From the NCBI GenBank assembly GCA_030704615.1, contig CM060734.1, positions 60,512,001-60,576,000 on the forward strand: a stretch of 64,000 nt of DNA, read 5' to 3'. Every line of letters begins with the position of its first letter. Within the stretch, counting starts at the first letter, position 1. The notes under the pieces were generated by a model, which searched no databases, was not told the origin of the DNA, and saw nothing but the letters and a program-made list of their open reading frames with translations. The DNA comes from Takakia lepidozioides. Its lineage: Eukaryota > Plantae > Bryophyta. Both the position numbers and the translations under genes were made by a program. Of the stretch, positions 24,671 to 37,080 are shown in pieces.

Positions 24671-25015
24671 CTGTTGCTTTGAGGTGGGAATGACCACTGC
24701 CTTTTATTATGTCGTCCAGCTTGTTTCCGCGGTAAAGGGTGCCAATCCGCGGGAATACACTCCACTTCTTCCTGGGCGCGTGGTGACGCGGTCTTCAAGT
24801 GTGATGACGTGGAGTGAGCCCCGTGATGTGGCATTGGCGCAAGGTGACGTGGCGTGAGCGCAGTTGCGCTCATGCGCTCACTTGACCAGGCTCACGCCGA
24901 GGCATCCCTGGCCCCGGCGCATCCTAGATACGCGTTGTACATGTAGTACATGTGCTTACAAGGTAGATATGTTTGTTTTTTCTTCTTGACAGATAGCTCA
25001 TCAAAGTCGGGACAA

Positions 25016-27119
25016 TCACAAGATGGAAACTGACCAATGAGACCAAAAAACTTGCAGTTTTGGTTCTTTCATGTTCGGTGCTAGTAACTTGCCAGTGAAG
25101 CAAGGTGCAGGACTTCCTTTACCTTTCCTGATGAGCGCTTTGCATTTATCCTTGGAAACTCCAACCAAGGCAAAACAACGAACCATGGAAGCAGGACCTG
25201 TCCGCTGAATCCTGAACAATGCATCGGAAAAGTCTTGTGTCTCTCTCACTGGATTTCCCCATTGCATTGGCTGAGGAGGGATAGCAACATGTGGATTTGT
25301 CTCACAGAAAGTCGAAGAACCAGGAATGTCATGATTTGATTTGGAGCTGACAAACCTAGATGGCGGTGTGGGCAGGGCATCCCAGTGGCGCGCACTGGAA
25401 CGGTCTTTACATTCATATCACACCTCCAAGATTCATTTGGCCCACCATGCTCATCGCCTAACTTGCGTTTGACTGGAACAATGCGAATGTCTCCCTCCAA
25501 TTGAACCCCCCTTGTGTGCATGGGTGTTCCAGCTACTATGCCACGTACAACCTTACCCATTTTGGCTGGGCTATTGGATCTAGCTGCTTGACGCAACATG
25601 AGCTCCTCTTTGTCGGGCCCCGTCCCCCATGTCTTTCCTGTAGTGTGCCTGTAAAATGTTGCCTGCTGCAAAAGAGCTCGTGATATGTCATGCATGGTGG
25701 CCTCATATAGATCCACCTTCATTTTTTTCCCATTGCCTGCTGTCTTCCACTAAGTAGAATGGACTGCCTCAGACAAATTAGTGGTAGGCATATCTGCATC
25801 TGCCTCCACATCCATGTCCTCTCTCATCCATTGGCCCCACATTTGATATCTGTAATGCCACCATGCAAGCCATGAATCCAGTTTTGGCAGACTCTTTTCT
25901 TTGCATGCTCCTGAAGAGAGCCACCAAGCCCGAATTGCAATGTATGTGGTTGTAGCATCCTCCAAGGTAGCATTATCTTTCCATTCATAACAGAGCTGAG
26001 TGTGCCTTTCACGGAAGTCCTCCAAGATGTAGTCGTTGGTGTGTCTTTGGAGGCTTTCAGCCCAATGATATAAACATGTTTTTTCTTTACCTTCCATTGG
26101 GACATTGGGATCAGAGCCATAGACTCTTCGAACAGCAGCCCAATTCGCTCCTGCTGCATCCGCCATGAAGCCAGCAAAATTTGGTTTGTTCAAGCCATCA
26201 AGTTTTGCTTGTTCATTGATCATCTCCTAGAATAACACCTGAGCACCTCTGTTTTCATATCGCAAATGGCAATGGTCATCATTCGCTTGACATATGGTTC
26301 ATAGACATGACACGCAAGAGTTGTCCAATCCTTGATGCGTTTGACATGGTCAAATACTACCCAACTTGTGCGTAGATCCCCCTCACTCATGCGACGCACA
26401 AGATCAACACCACTCTCGGGACCAGCAACAGACATCTTGAAAACATGGGGGAGATGAGAAGTATGTTGACCTGGAAGGAGATTGCTATGAATGAAATGGT
26501 ATGTACTCAAACGCTTCAACTCCAATATGGACATGATGGAATTGACACGTGCAGATGCGACCTTGTTTTTCACATTGGGGCTACAAACATGGGCAAACTC
26601 TTCAAGAATATCTTCCAAAGCCTCTCCCTCAAGACGTACTGTCTCTGTGCCATCAGCCACAAGAACTCAATCAATCAAGAGCTTCTGGGCCATTGACAAG
26701 GAAATAGCTCCCGGGGTCGACCATGGCTTCATCTTAACGTGCTCTTGAATCATGCTTGATGCATTTTCCGCAACCTCTCTATTCTCACCCTTGGCACATG
26801 GATGGTTATGAAACCCAACGTGAACTGCAACACGTGTATATGTTGGAAGGGAACTTGTGACATAGTACATTCTTGCCCCACAATGTGCCTCATAGAAAGG
26901 TCTTTCTTTGCAGAAACTACACTTGAACTGGTTGAATGGAACTTGGGCTCCTGCAATGAACACCTTGTCTGCATTGTCTTCCCAATAGCGGTGCTGTTGC
27001 GGCGATGAGGAGGAAGAAGGACACTCGAGGGGGAGGCATTGCTGGTTGTGGTGGTGGTAGAGGCAAGCTACGGATGGAGAAGGTAAGCTGTAGTTTTGTT
27101 TCGATTTCATGACCTGCAC
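25016..27119 (-). pseudogene. MULE-type DDE transposase, catalytic triad recognisable but frameshifted
   Basis: VVFDHVKR (D ~26350), FMADAAGAN (D ~26159), CLYHW, TTNLSEAVH (E ~25769); N-terminal CSFC...C.ARMYY...HNHP. Confidence 0.82.
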
Positions 27120-27169
27120 TTAGGCATATGCGTCATCGCATAAGCCCCACCAAGCTGCTCCTAATCGAG

Positions 27170-28280
27170 CACCTCCGCCGGCGCAGATGCCTAAGTCACT
27201 TCAACTCTCACAGGTTTGTGAATCTCCACACATACACACAACCGTCTCCGTCGGCGGAGACAGCTCATTCCCCTTGGTTTTTTCTAATGCTTGGAAGGGC
27301 TGGGCTGCCACCTCCGCCGGCGCATACCGTTGGAGCTGGGATGCTCACATGTTTCAGGAAGTGCTCCTCCACTCCCATCCTGTTTATTTTTTCGCATGCT
27401 CATACGTTGCTGATGCTCCAAGCGGGTTGGGCTGGCGTATCCGTCGGCGCATACCCGTGCAGCACGGCTGCTCAAATGTTTCAGGAAGTTCTCACCTTTT
27501 CCATCTCTTTTGTTTTTCCGCATGCTCAAAAGTTGTTGATGCTCCGAGCGGGCTAGGCTAGCATATCCGCCGGCGCATACCCATTGAGTACATTCTTTTT
27601 TGCTCAACTCATAGGTTTCAGGAACCTCCTGCAAGCGTCTCCGCCGACGGAGACACTTGGAACTTGGTTTTTTTTGCATATTCCCTATGTTACGGAAGCG
27701 CCAAGGCTGCCACCTCTGTCAACGCAGACCCGTGGAGCAGGGCTGCACACATATTTCAGGAAGTTCTCCTCCCCTTCCATCTCCTTTGTTTCTCCGCATT
27801 ATCATAAGTGTTGATGCTCCGAGCGGGCTGGGCTGCCATATCCGCCGGCGCATACCCATTAAGCACAATCTTTTTTTGCTCAGCTCCTAGGTTTCAGGAA
27901 CCTCCTGCAACCATCTCCGCCGGCGGAGATGCTTGGAGCTTGGTTTTTTGTTGTATATTCCTTGTGTTACGTAAGCTCCAAAATGTCGAGGCTGCCACCT
28001 CCGTCGGCGCAGACCCTTGGGGAACCTTCCCTATTTTGGTTGATCACAGTATTCAAGTATCTCAAAGCTTCTACGTTGCCACCTCCACAACTCCACATGC
28101 TTCCATAGGCCTGGTTTGATCTTTCAAGGTGCTCATGTCTGTTTGGCTACAACCTCCCTTCCATGGTATGCGCCGGCACATATGTTTGGAGCTCTTTGAG
28201 CAGAAATTTCTTCAAGGGCCTCAAAGCTTGTCAAATTCTGAGTTGGTTGCACATATGTGTCATATGCGCCGGCGTAGGTG
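27170..28280. repeat. Imperfect tandem repeat array containing about 12 copies of CG(C/T)CGGCG(C/G)A
   Basis: Motif near 27176, 27249, 27315, 27442, 27567, 27641, 27843, 27918, 28002, 28171, 28267, with a recurring gatgctcc.agcggg.tggg flank. Confidence 0.8.
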
Positions 28281-28519
28281 GTCGGAGGTCCTCTATCGGG
28301 ATGCTCAGGCCTGTATTCTGTTCCAAGTTGTAAGCTTTGAAAGACAAGGATATTCATGGAATTAGTTGACTATCCAAATTCATTTGGTTTCTTCATGCAA
28401 CCATGACACTGAACTGCTCTTTTTACACATTATTTTGGTCTATGGAATTAGGAAATTACTACTACAACTGAAGCTGTGGAGGCCGGGACGCTTGCAACCA
28501 TTATTGACGACATTGATGC

Positions 28520-29265
28520 AGGGAATTGGGGGGGCATATGAGTATGAAGAGGATACAACATCTAGTGATCCTCTTTCTCTAGATGCCAAACAGGCAATTA
28601 TTCTGGAAAAGAAACAAGATCTGAATGTAACTTTCAAGTCCCTCCTCATTGAGGATGGAGTTATGGACATTCCATTGTGTCGCATGATTTTTATGTAGGT
28701 TGTTAGGCCCGCCCTTGCCAACGACATCCTAAAGCTTAGAGGAGACTTCCACTCTGGATACCATCCAGGAGCAGCCATGTTATATGTTTCTGTTGAGGGG
28801 ATTGATGGATCTACTATAGATGTGGAATCATAGGCTTCAAGCATGGTATCCCTATATCAATGAAGTTCATGGGGCCAACTTGTCAAGACATGTCTGTGTG
28901 ACAAGTTGGGTGCTCAATGCGGACATTGAAAATCGTGGTTCCCTCAGGTCCATCATGGATGGAGTGAATGTGTGAGTTTCCTTTCTATTCTTCATTTACT
29001 TTCATGTTCAATGTTGTCATGTTCTTGCTCAATGGATGTACATATACACATCTTCTTTCTAATGATCACATTTTATATGTGCAGGGCAACAGAGAGGGCA
29101 TATGTTACTTCCAAATTTGTGCACTTGGTTTGCAAGGTCAATATGATTGGCCTTACACTTGTCTCTGAATGGAAGAATGTATTGAGGAAAGAGCAATACG
29201 ACGAATGCATCAAGAAAGCAGACAAGTTCGACATGCACTTCAACACTATCAAATTTCATCATTAG
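28520..29265 (+). pseudogene. ParB/Srx-like partner gene of MULE copy 2, internally deleted and truncated
   Basis: DIPLCRMIFM*VVRPALANDILKLRGDFHSGYHPGAAMLYVSV, then NHRLQAWYPYINEVH (NHR at 28826-28834). Confidence 0.7.
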
Positions 29266-29989
29266 TAAGATCAACCCTTATAAGTATTGTGGCATGTTAT
29301 GTACACACAGGGTGACTATCTTTATCTCATTAGTGTTTCATTTCATTGGTGTTTCAAGTCTGAATGGGTAGTATAGTGGTATGAGCTAGGCTTGATACCC
29401 GATAGGTTGTGGGTTCCATCTCTGATGGACATTATGTTTTTGTAAAATAAAAATGTTTCAGAAGATAGATATATAGATACTGCAAAACCTATTTAACAAG
29501 ATTAAATGGGTGGTGGTTTGCACTCACCCATGTGGAATAATAATACAATGAATATGGAATATTCCATATAGAATATTCTTATTCCATCCTTTGATATTTT
29601 GACTATGGACCCTAAGATTAGATGAATCACAATTTATTTTATTTTTTGGGTACCCTTATTTAAGTGTTGTGCATATAAAATTGTTCCTATGCATATCTAA
29701 AATTTGTATGCACGCATACATTCCTCCATATGCATGCATTTGTGTGCGCATATAGTATAGGCTACCTCGTCTCTTCTAAACACCAAGCACCACAACGTTC
29801 AGCCCTACCATACATGCTCTTAGTTCAGAAAAAATGAAACCCACGACGCCCTTACACTTCAAAAGGAGACTCACTTCAAGCACAAAACTACCTATGATTC
29901 TTTGCCCTGCCCCCTATAAACCAAGAAAACAATTCAGCAGATTCAGATACTTAGCTCTGTCTCTTGCATGAGTGCATAAGGAAGAAAGC

Positions 29990-31994
29990 CTACAAGCATC
30001 GCGTTCCACAACACCACATCTCGTTCAGCCATATTGTTGAACACTCACTTGGCATCCTCAATGCACCCACATTTGGCATACATGTCCACCAGGGCAGGGT
30101 TCAGAATGTCCTCTGGTACAAATCCAGTTTTGACGATGTCACCATGGACCTCTTTCCCCCTTTCCAGAGCTCCCAGCCTTGCACACGCATTACAAACAGT
30201 ACAAACAAACGTGATGTGGTTGGGCTTCACCTTTCGCGCAACAATTGCTCATAGGTCTCCAAAGCATTCCTACCACACCCATCCTTGGTAGATCCTGCCA
30301 ACATTGTATTCCATGTGATCAAAGATCGGTGAGCATCCACAATGCTCCCGCACTTAACATACATGTTGACTTGAGGGTGTTGAGTAGAATAACATTTGGC
30401 ATGAATCCACTTTGGATAATGTTAGTGTGCACCTGATTCCAGCTTCCAGACCTTTCATCTTGATGCACTTAAGCAAGAGACAGACATACGTATCTGAATC
30501 TGCTAAAATGCCTCGTTGGTTTAAAGTCTGTAGAGCCCCTGTCAGTCTGCCTGCCTCACAAAGCACCTTCACATGCCCAACAGAAGAGGCATTGTGGACT
30601 CCCTCTCTTGATCCTCTTTAGGGCCGATTCTGATAAGAGGAAAAAACAGGGTGAAATGTGTTGAAGAAGGTACCTTCATTAGCAGTACCTGATTTTATCA
30701 AATGAGCCGCTGGTGCTGAGGCTTCCAGTTCACCATCTACCCATGCAGGTTTTGTGTAGCTATCTTTCCACAGGGAATCATAGGTAATTTGGAGCTTGAA
30801 ATTTGGCCCTCTTGGATGAATCTGGACCCACACTCTATCCCTACTCCTTCAACTATCCAGACCTCTACACTAATCATGCATACATCCTTGCCTTTGCTAG
30901 CAGCTGACAATGACAGCCTAGAATTGTTCCAGCAAACACCCCAACCCTACTGACTTAGAGGCTGTAGTGTCCAAATCCATGTCTGTTTCCAGAAAATTGT
31001 CTGATGAAAATGAAGTTAGGCAGAAAACTTCCCTAGACTTGTTTCCAGTCTGTGACATGGGGGAGGACATCATGGATGAGGTCCCTCAAGGGTCTACCCA
31101 CTCTCGGCACCAGACTGAAATTTAAACTCAGGGCAGGAATCCTACCTTTGAATAGCAAACAGAAACAGAGAGGAAAGGGAGAGTGCAATTGCACCCATCT
31201 CTTACCTGTTTTTAAATACTTTCCTGTTGTCACATTGGCAGTATCATGTCAAAGTCACTCCAAACAAGATTCACTCAACCAGCTAACTTGCAGAATTCAA
31301 CATGGAAATTTAGGGCAGATTCTGATAAGAAGGAAAAACAGGGTGAAATGTGTTGAAGAAGGTGCCTTCATTAGCAGTGCCTGATTTTATCCATTGTGCC
31401 GCTGTTGCTGCGGCTTCCAGTTGACCATATGTTTCTTGTAGCTAGCTATCCTCCACAGAGAATCATAGGTAATCTGGAGCTTGAAGTCCGGGCCTCTTGG
31501 ATGAATCTGGACCCACAATCTATCCCTGCACTCCTTCAGCTATCCCTGCCTGTGTACAAATCGTGAATACATCCTCAGCCTTGCTGCAGCTAGCAGCTGA
31601 AGCAACTGACACTGACGCCCTAACCCTACCTACATTAACATGTCAAAATCACTCCAAAACCACAATAGATCCACCAACGAGCTTCTCCTAATCTATGTTA
31701 TCTATTTTTGGATATTTTCCTGCTACCACATTGGCAGTAACTTGTCAAAGTCACTCCTAACCACCACAGATCCACCCAACGAGCTAACTTAGAGAATTCA
31801 ATATACATCTCAGGGCCGAGTTTGATGAGAGGGTAAAACAGGCAAAAATAGGTCGAAGAAGAAGGTGCCCTCACCACATTGTCGACCTTGACCTTGTATC
31901 ATGACCCATGGAGGATTTGACAGACCATCAACCCAAAGAACTTCTTGTGTGTGTTGCTTGTGTCTGTAGTCAGGAACTGTCGGATTGGTTTGTG
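29990..31994 (-). pseudogene. Third PDF-PPR paralogue, 3' portion (PDF exons plus first PPR motifs)
   Basis: TNPTVPDYRHKQHTQEVLWVDGLSNPPWV (~31870-31989); [18 protein letters not shown].....PAWVDGEL (~30670-30821); VKVLCEAGRLTGAL; PPR motifs; deletions. Confidence 0.85.
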
Positions 31995-32303
31995 GTCAGT
32001 GCCTATGACCATACGTTGCTGGTCCCAAGATTGTCCATTATTGCCACTTGACAAACAAGTATTTGATAGTATCCCAGAATAACTGTGATTGTTCATAGGG
32101 CTCTGGGTGCACACAAACATTCTGATTGGTTCGACTTTGAAACCCTATAATTTTGTGTGAAATTCATGAAATCAAATAGATCTTAGTTTGTGAGTTGCCC
32201 CATATGTGGAACACCTTATGAATCTTACCCGGGATAAAAATGACAAAATTCACCATTAGATTTTTCACCATCGTTACGTGAACGGTCATAGGCCAACATA
32301 CCC
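31995..32303. mobile_element. Right-hand part of a TIR element (MITE-like) ending ...cggtcataggccaacataccc followed by TA
   Basis: The end is the reverse complement (19/21) of gggtaaattggcctatgaccg at 61547, which is preceded by TA. Confidence 0.6.
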
Positions 32304-32839
32304 TAAAGAATACAAGTTCTGAGATGGTTCAAATGTCATAGTCACTGTTGAAATTATGGTCTCAACATCAATCCACTGTGTATCACTGAAATCATATTTG
32401 AACCAATTTGAACTTCAGGTGACCTCTACCTTTAGAGAACCAATTCAAAAACATCATAATCGAAGGACCCCCAGATTTGGGTAGAGCAGGCTTATTCATC
32501 AAATAAGCCTAATGAATGAATGAAGTTTTGAGAAGATTTCATCCCGATGGATTAGAGTTGGATGAAATATGAGAAACTTCACAAGGATGGATATATTATA
32601 CTGTAGGTAAAACTCTTTATTACATTAATTTTTTAAGTAAACTCTGGATTTTTTGTGACCCTTTTTTTAAAAACACTGGGTGAAAGGAGATATTGTCCTA
32701 CCATATTTTCTAAGTAAATTTTTTATAAAATTTACCTCAAGAAAATAAACTACACCCTATATTTGTTCTCACGTGGTTTTGAAAATACGGGGATTGACCC
32801 CCCCAAGACGCCCCGCTCCTCGTGCCTTACCCGGCGTAA

Positions 32840-33090
32840 AGAAACATCAAAAAGTTTCTTTAAGTCTGGACGGCTCAGGTTTAATGTAATGGACGGTTCA
32901 GATTGGTGAAAGCTGAGGTGGTTGTTTCTGTGGGGTTGTACTGAATTGGAGAAAATTATCGAGCTCCAATATTGAAATGTTAATAGAGCTGCAAGGGCTC
33001 GACTTGAGTGGTTGCATGAGGTTGGAGAGTAACTTACCAGTATCAGCTGATATGCCTACAAGTGCGAATTGTCAGAACCTGAAATAGTCT
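32840..33090 (+). pseudogene. NLR-type leucine-rich-repeat fragment
   Basis: KLRWLFLWGCTELEKI and LIELQGLDLSGCMRLESNL (LxxLxLxxCxxL), frameshifted. Confidence 0.5.
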
Positions 33091-33646
33091 GACGACAAAA
33101 TCACAAAATTCTGGAAAATGGTTGAGAAACATTATAAAACCTTTGGACATGGACCACATCAGAGGGTGATTCATAACCTTGGATAACAGTTGGTATCATG
33201 TCACACTTGCACATGGAAATCATTTAGTGGAAGTTCAAATTTTTTCCAATCGCGCATTACAGTAGCACATCCCCTGGAGAACATGGTTGAGTGTTGACTC
33301 TATTGGCAAGTGATGGTTGTCAAAGTGCACGTCATGAGGAGTGGGTGGAATCTGATACTAGTTTATGTATTAGTCGAAGGCTTTAGAATCCGAGCCTCTT
33401 CTCTTGGTGCAGATAGAGTAGAAGCAACATTATTGAAAATTGACCGCCAAACAATGTGATTTGGTGCTAATAGGTTTTCCTTCACAAAAAACTGAGTGAG
33501 AGTCACAAGGGTTGCAGGTTAAAAAGCTTGATTTTAGATTCAAAATACTCATCGAGCTTGCGGCTGAACCTGGAGTTAGCCTTGGCAGGGGAGGTCTGGA
33601 GTAATCAAAGTGATAAAATGTGAATGCAATCACTTCATGTTTCAAC

Positions 33647-33853
33647 CAGTGTGCGGGTCCTGCCTTTTTAAGGAACCCGTCGGGTCCGGGTTCGGGTTTT
33701 TTTTTTGAGCCAAGTCCGGGTCTGGATCCGGGTTTTTGAAATTTGGAAAATCCGGGTCCAGGGTTCGGGTCCGGGTTTGTCAACACGGACTCGGGTTAGG
33801 GTCCGGGTAGTTGTTGGGAAATATTAGCGGGTTCACCGGTTCGGATCCGGGTA
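33647..33853. repeat. CCGGGT/TCCGGG-rich repeat, probable subterminal region of a non-autonomous DNA transposon
   Basis: Dense ccggg(t) motifs following cagtg, next to AT-rich sequence. Confidence 0.5.
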
Positions 33854-34484
33854 ATAAGATTAATTAGGGATAAAATTGCTTTTGGCTGGAAAAAACTTTA
33901 AGTCCTAATAATGAATTTTAGAGGTAGGGTTCTTAACCCTGTGAGTTCTTTCTCATCTCCTTTCAGGAAGCTTCAAATGACTCTCACTGACTACGGTGTG
34001 TGTGCCTTACGGCGTAATCAGGGGTTTTAATTTTTTTCCCCGAAATAAACTTAATAAAATTAATTCAGGGTTCCACCCCTGATTCAACCTACAAAGAATA
34101 TATATATATATATAAGAGACATTCCTTCAAAATATACCATGAATATGTATTGCTCATTTAACACAAGAATTAAAATAGAAGTTTGAGTTCCATTTTCCAT
34201 TCGTCAATATCAGTTCTTTAAACATGTTAAGAATAGTAATATGCCTCGAGGCTCATAGATCACTATAGCATGGATGTGTGGGATCTGGCCTAATAATATG
34301 ACTCCTCCTTTGGGAGGTGTAAATTATGGTCCCTTAAGGCACAACTTTGTGAAGGGGCTGAAAATCCATGAGCAGTGAGCAACATAATTTCGATTAGTTG
34401 GAATTTCCGAATTACAAGGTGAAGTGAAAGTGGAATTGCAAGGCAAAAATGTGACTAGAGTGGAGTAGGTAGAGGAGCTGCTAG

Positions 34485-34571
34485 GCCACTGTGGATTCCA
34501 GCTTAGAAACCTCCCCTCATCAGCCTCCCTGAATTTGGAGGGGAGGCTAACAAACTGGAATCCACAGTGGC
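34485..34571. mobile_element. ~90-bp MITE with a perfect 17-bp TIR (gccactgtggattccag)
   Basis: gccactgtggattccag ... ctggaatccacagtggc; TSD not clean. Confidence 0.65.
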
Positions 34572-34932
34572 TGAGCTACAACTGTTTGATCTCTTTTACA
34601 TTTTCGTCCAGCGCTCTAAATAAATAAAAGTTAAAGAAAACAAAAGTTAAACAAAAGCCAAACAATTGTGTATGAAAATAGTTGAAGATGCCAAAGGAAC
34701 GAGAAGGAAATGAAGTTGAAAGTCTCATAGAGAATATACATGCATCGCCCAAAAGGCCAATGGCCAGCTTCACAACTTGCACAAACAACACGCGAAATCA
34801 TATCTTAATAGTAATTACATGTAGAGCTTTATACAGTATTAATAACTTCATAATACACAAATCGTGATCCCAACGATTAGACGTGTTACGTACAAGCAAG
34901 GTGGTTCCTGCACATAAACTTATCAATCGGAA

Positions 34933-37080
34933 TTACAAGGTGTTACATTGCACAGCAACGATTCCGACCTGCTTGTTTACAACATCATACACGAACTGGT
35001 GATCTTGCTGCTGGATGTTACCGATGATGCCGAAGCTCTGGCCGCTCGCCATGGCCAGGCAGATGATTGTGTTAGCATTGTCCACAAACACAAATGTGTT
35101 CTCAACGGGTGAAGTGTAATCAACGTTGGCGAAGTGCACAACCAAAGTTGGGAAGGTAGGATTGGACACTTGAGCAACATTATAGCATAAGTCCAGTTGG
35201 TAGGGAGATCCATCAGTAATTGGATAGGTGATTGCACCCTGGAAGGCCTGAAGACATAACAACAGTAATACACATTAGGTCAGTTTATTAAGACGATAAG
35301 ACTTGGATGTGATTGTCCCATGAGAAACAAGGGGCCGCGAGGTATCGTCTACTGACTAGTTACGAAGGCTAGAGCATTGTCCTGCAACTTCCAAGCTGAG
35401 CTGATATTGTCCTGATCTTAGAAACTGTTTGACAAGACTAACCTGCTTTACGAGGTCATAAGCCGTTTGAGGCAAGTAGGTGAGTGTGGTTCCAGAATCA
35501 AGAATAACGCCACCATTTCCCGAAGAATCGATGTCAAAGGTGCAAGCTGGGATACTCAAATCTTGCCCTCCTACACTAATGCCATTCACCCCCACGTAGT
35601 AAAATGTTGGATTGTTAGGATTGGAGATCAGAGGGGTATATTGGATGCCTGATGAAGGTGTCACATCTCCGAAGAATATGGGACTGGTTGTCGTTGTGGC
35701 GCTGGTCAAGCTAACCAAACAGTAAGAGAAAATGTTGGTTATGCTTGAGCTCAGCTGGGAGGGGAGAGAAAGAGGGCCCTGTCCTAGACCCACAAGTCCT
35801 CCAACGCCGGAAAAAGTCCCCTGGTTGGTATGCCCACACCCGAAGGCAACCTTGGGGATTCCAGTGCTGCCCAGGGTGACCGTCTCATAAGCCCAAGTCC
35901 CCAACAGTGCTGGACTGGTCTCCATATGAATACGTGTACTGGCAGTAGGATCCACATGCTGGAGAAGGAAGGTCCTAGAGACAATCACATGGCATTTCCA
36001 GGTGTAAGTACAGCCTGGTTGAGCAAAAAGTCTAGCTCGCTAATTAGATGTTTGGCGAATTTGGATTGGAAATCGCATTTGGTTATTAACTACCATGCAT
36101 CCCCACCTCTCTGTGGAGCCCGCATTGCATATTGCCGTTGAATTACAAATGACAACCAAGCAAGTTAACAAGTTGGAATTGTAGACTTTTTTCTTGGAAC
36201 GTCAAATACGATACTTAGCTATATCGAGGCTATACCTGGCATAGATTGTTGCTGCAACCCACTCCTTTGTATGTCTTTGATTTCTTAGGCGCAAACTTTG
36301 GGCCAGTTTGTTGGTAGCACGATGTGCAAGGCAGACACTGAACCCACACCAGATCACTTCCAGTGTCTACAATTGCAGAAACATTTTGTGGAGGGGTACC
36401 GAGGGAGATCTCCATCACATACTCTCCGTTACCAGCTGATACCGGACTTTGCAGACCTGTTACAGTGGCCTTGATGTTGCGTGCAATGTTGTCCCTGCGC
36501 TCGATACTTTCTTCACAGCGTCAACAATCCTTTCTGAAAATGGTTTGGGTGTTGACGGGCTAAGTGGTGACGATGGATGATCTTTGTGGATCAGCTCACC
36601 TTGAATGACCTGAAAAATTAACAGACGCATGTTCGAAGGCGACAATATGAGTTGCAATATTAAATTGATCTGGATGTCACGGGCATGTCATCCAGCAAGG
36701 TTCTTAGGAAATTAAGAGTGTCCATCCAAAATGTTTTATGCTTTTGGACCAGATCATATGACAAGAGCAGTTGTCCACCTTGGAAAGCACGTACACCCTT
36801 CAGGGGAGTCTCTCTCAAAAGTGATATCAATTGTTAAGGAGGAGGTCTCTCGTTCGCCGGGAGATTCACCAAAGGTTATACAAATGAGAATGGCAAGTCG
36901 TTCTCAATCACTTACAATGGCTTTGTTGTTGGTATGCTTTACGTAATTATCTCCCTTGTGAAGTAGGCCTCTCCTTGAAAGGTCGATAGGCATTGCTCCC
37001 ATTTCAAGCGCAACACAACATTGAGCAGTCACTAAACATGCAAGGAGCACCGTGAACAAAGTTCCATTAAGCGACGCCAT
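34933..37080 (-). CDS. Secreted A1 aspartic protease, nepenthesin/CDR1-like
   Basis: Exons 37080-36943, 36609-36236, 35974-35443, 35247-34933. Signal peptide; GEYVMEISLGTPPQ; catalytic DTGSD and DSGT; IIGNIQQQ. Single-base frameshifts at ~36508 and ~35892 lie in homopolymers. Confidence 0.92.
36700..36902 (+). mobile_element. Remnant of the same MULE transposase family within intron 1 of the protease
   Basis: MFYAFGPDHMTRAVVHLGKHVHP..E....VISIVKEEVSRSPGDSPKVIQM aligns with MYYVTSSLPTYTRVAVHVGFHNHP...MIQEHVKMKPWSTPGAISL at ~26.7-26.9 kb. Confidence 0.65.

Larger units (their letters stand above)
14165..24930. mobile_element. Mutator-like (MULE) element copy 1: transposase (-) head-to-head with a ParB-like/methyltransferase-like gene (+); termini approximate
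   Basis: Two divergent genes; the same pairing recurs at 24.95-29.3 kb. No TIR or TSD could be identified. Confidence 0.7.
24950..29330. mobile_element. MULE element copy 2 (divergent subfamily), truncated
   Basis: Transposase on - and a truncated ParB-like partner on +, same layout as copy 1. Confidence 0.7.

Noticed and set aside
24895-24928. Helitron 3' end (hairpin plus CTAG)
   Set aside because: Imperfect hairpin, followed by A rather than T, and no Rep/helicase in the window.
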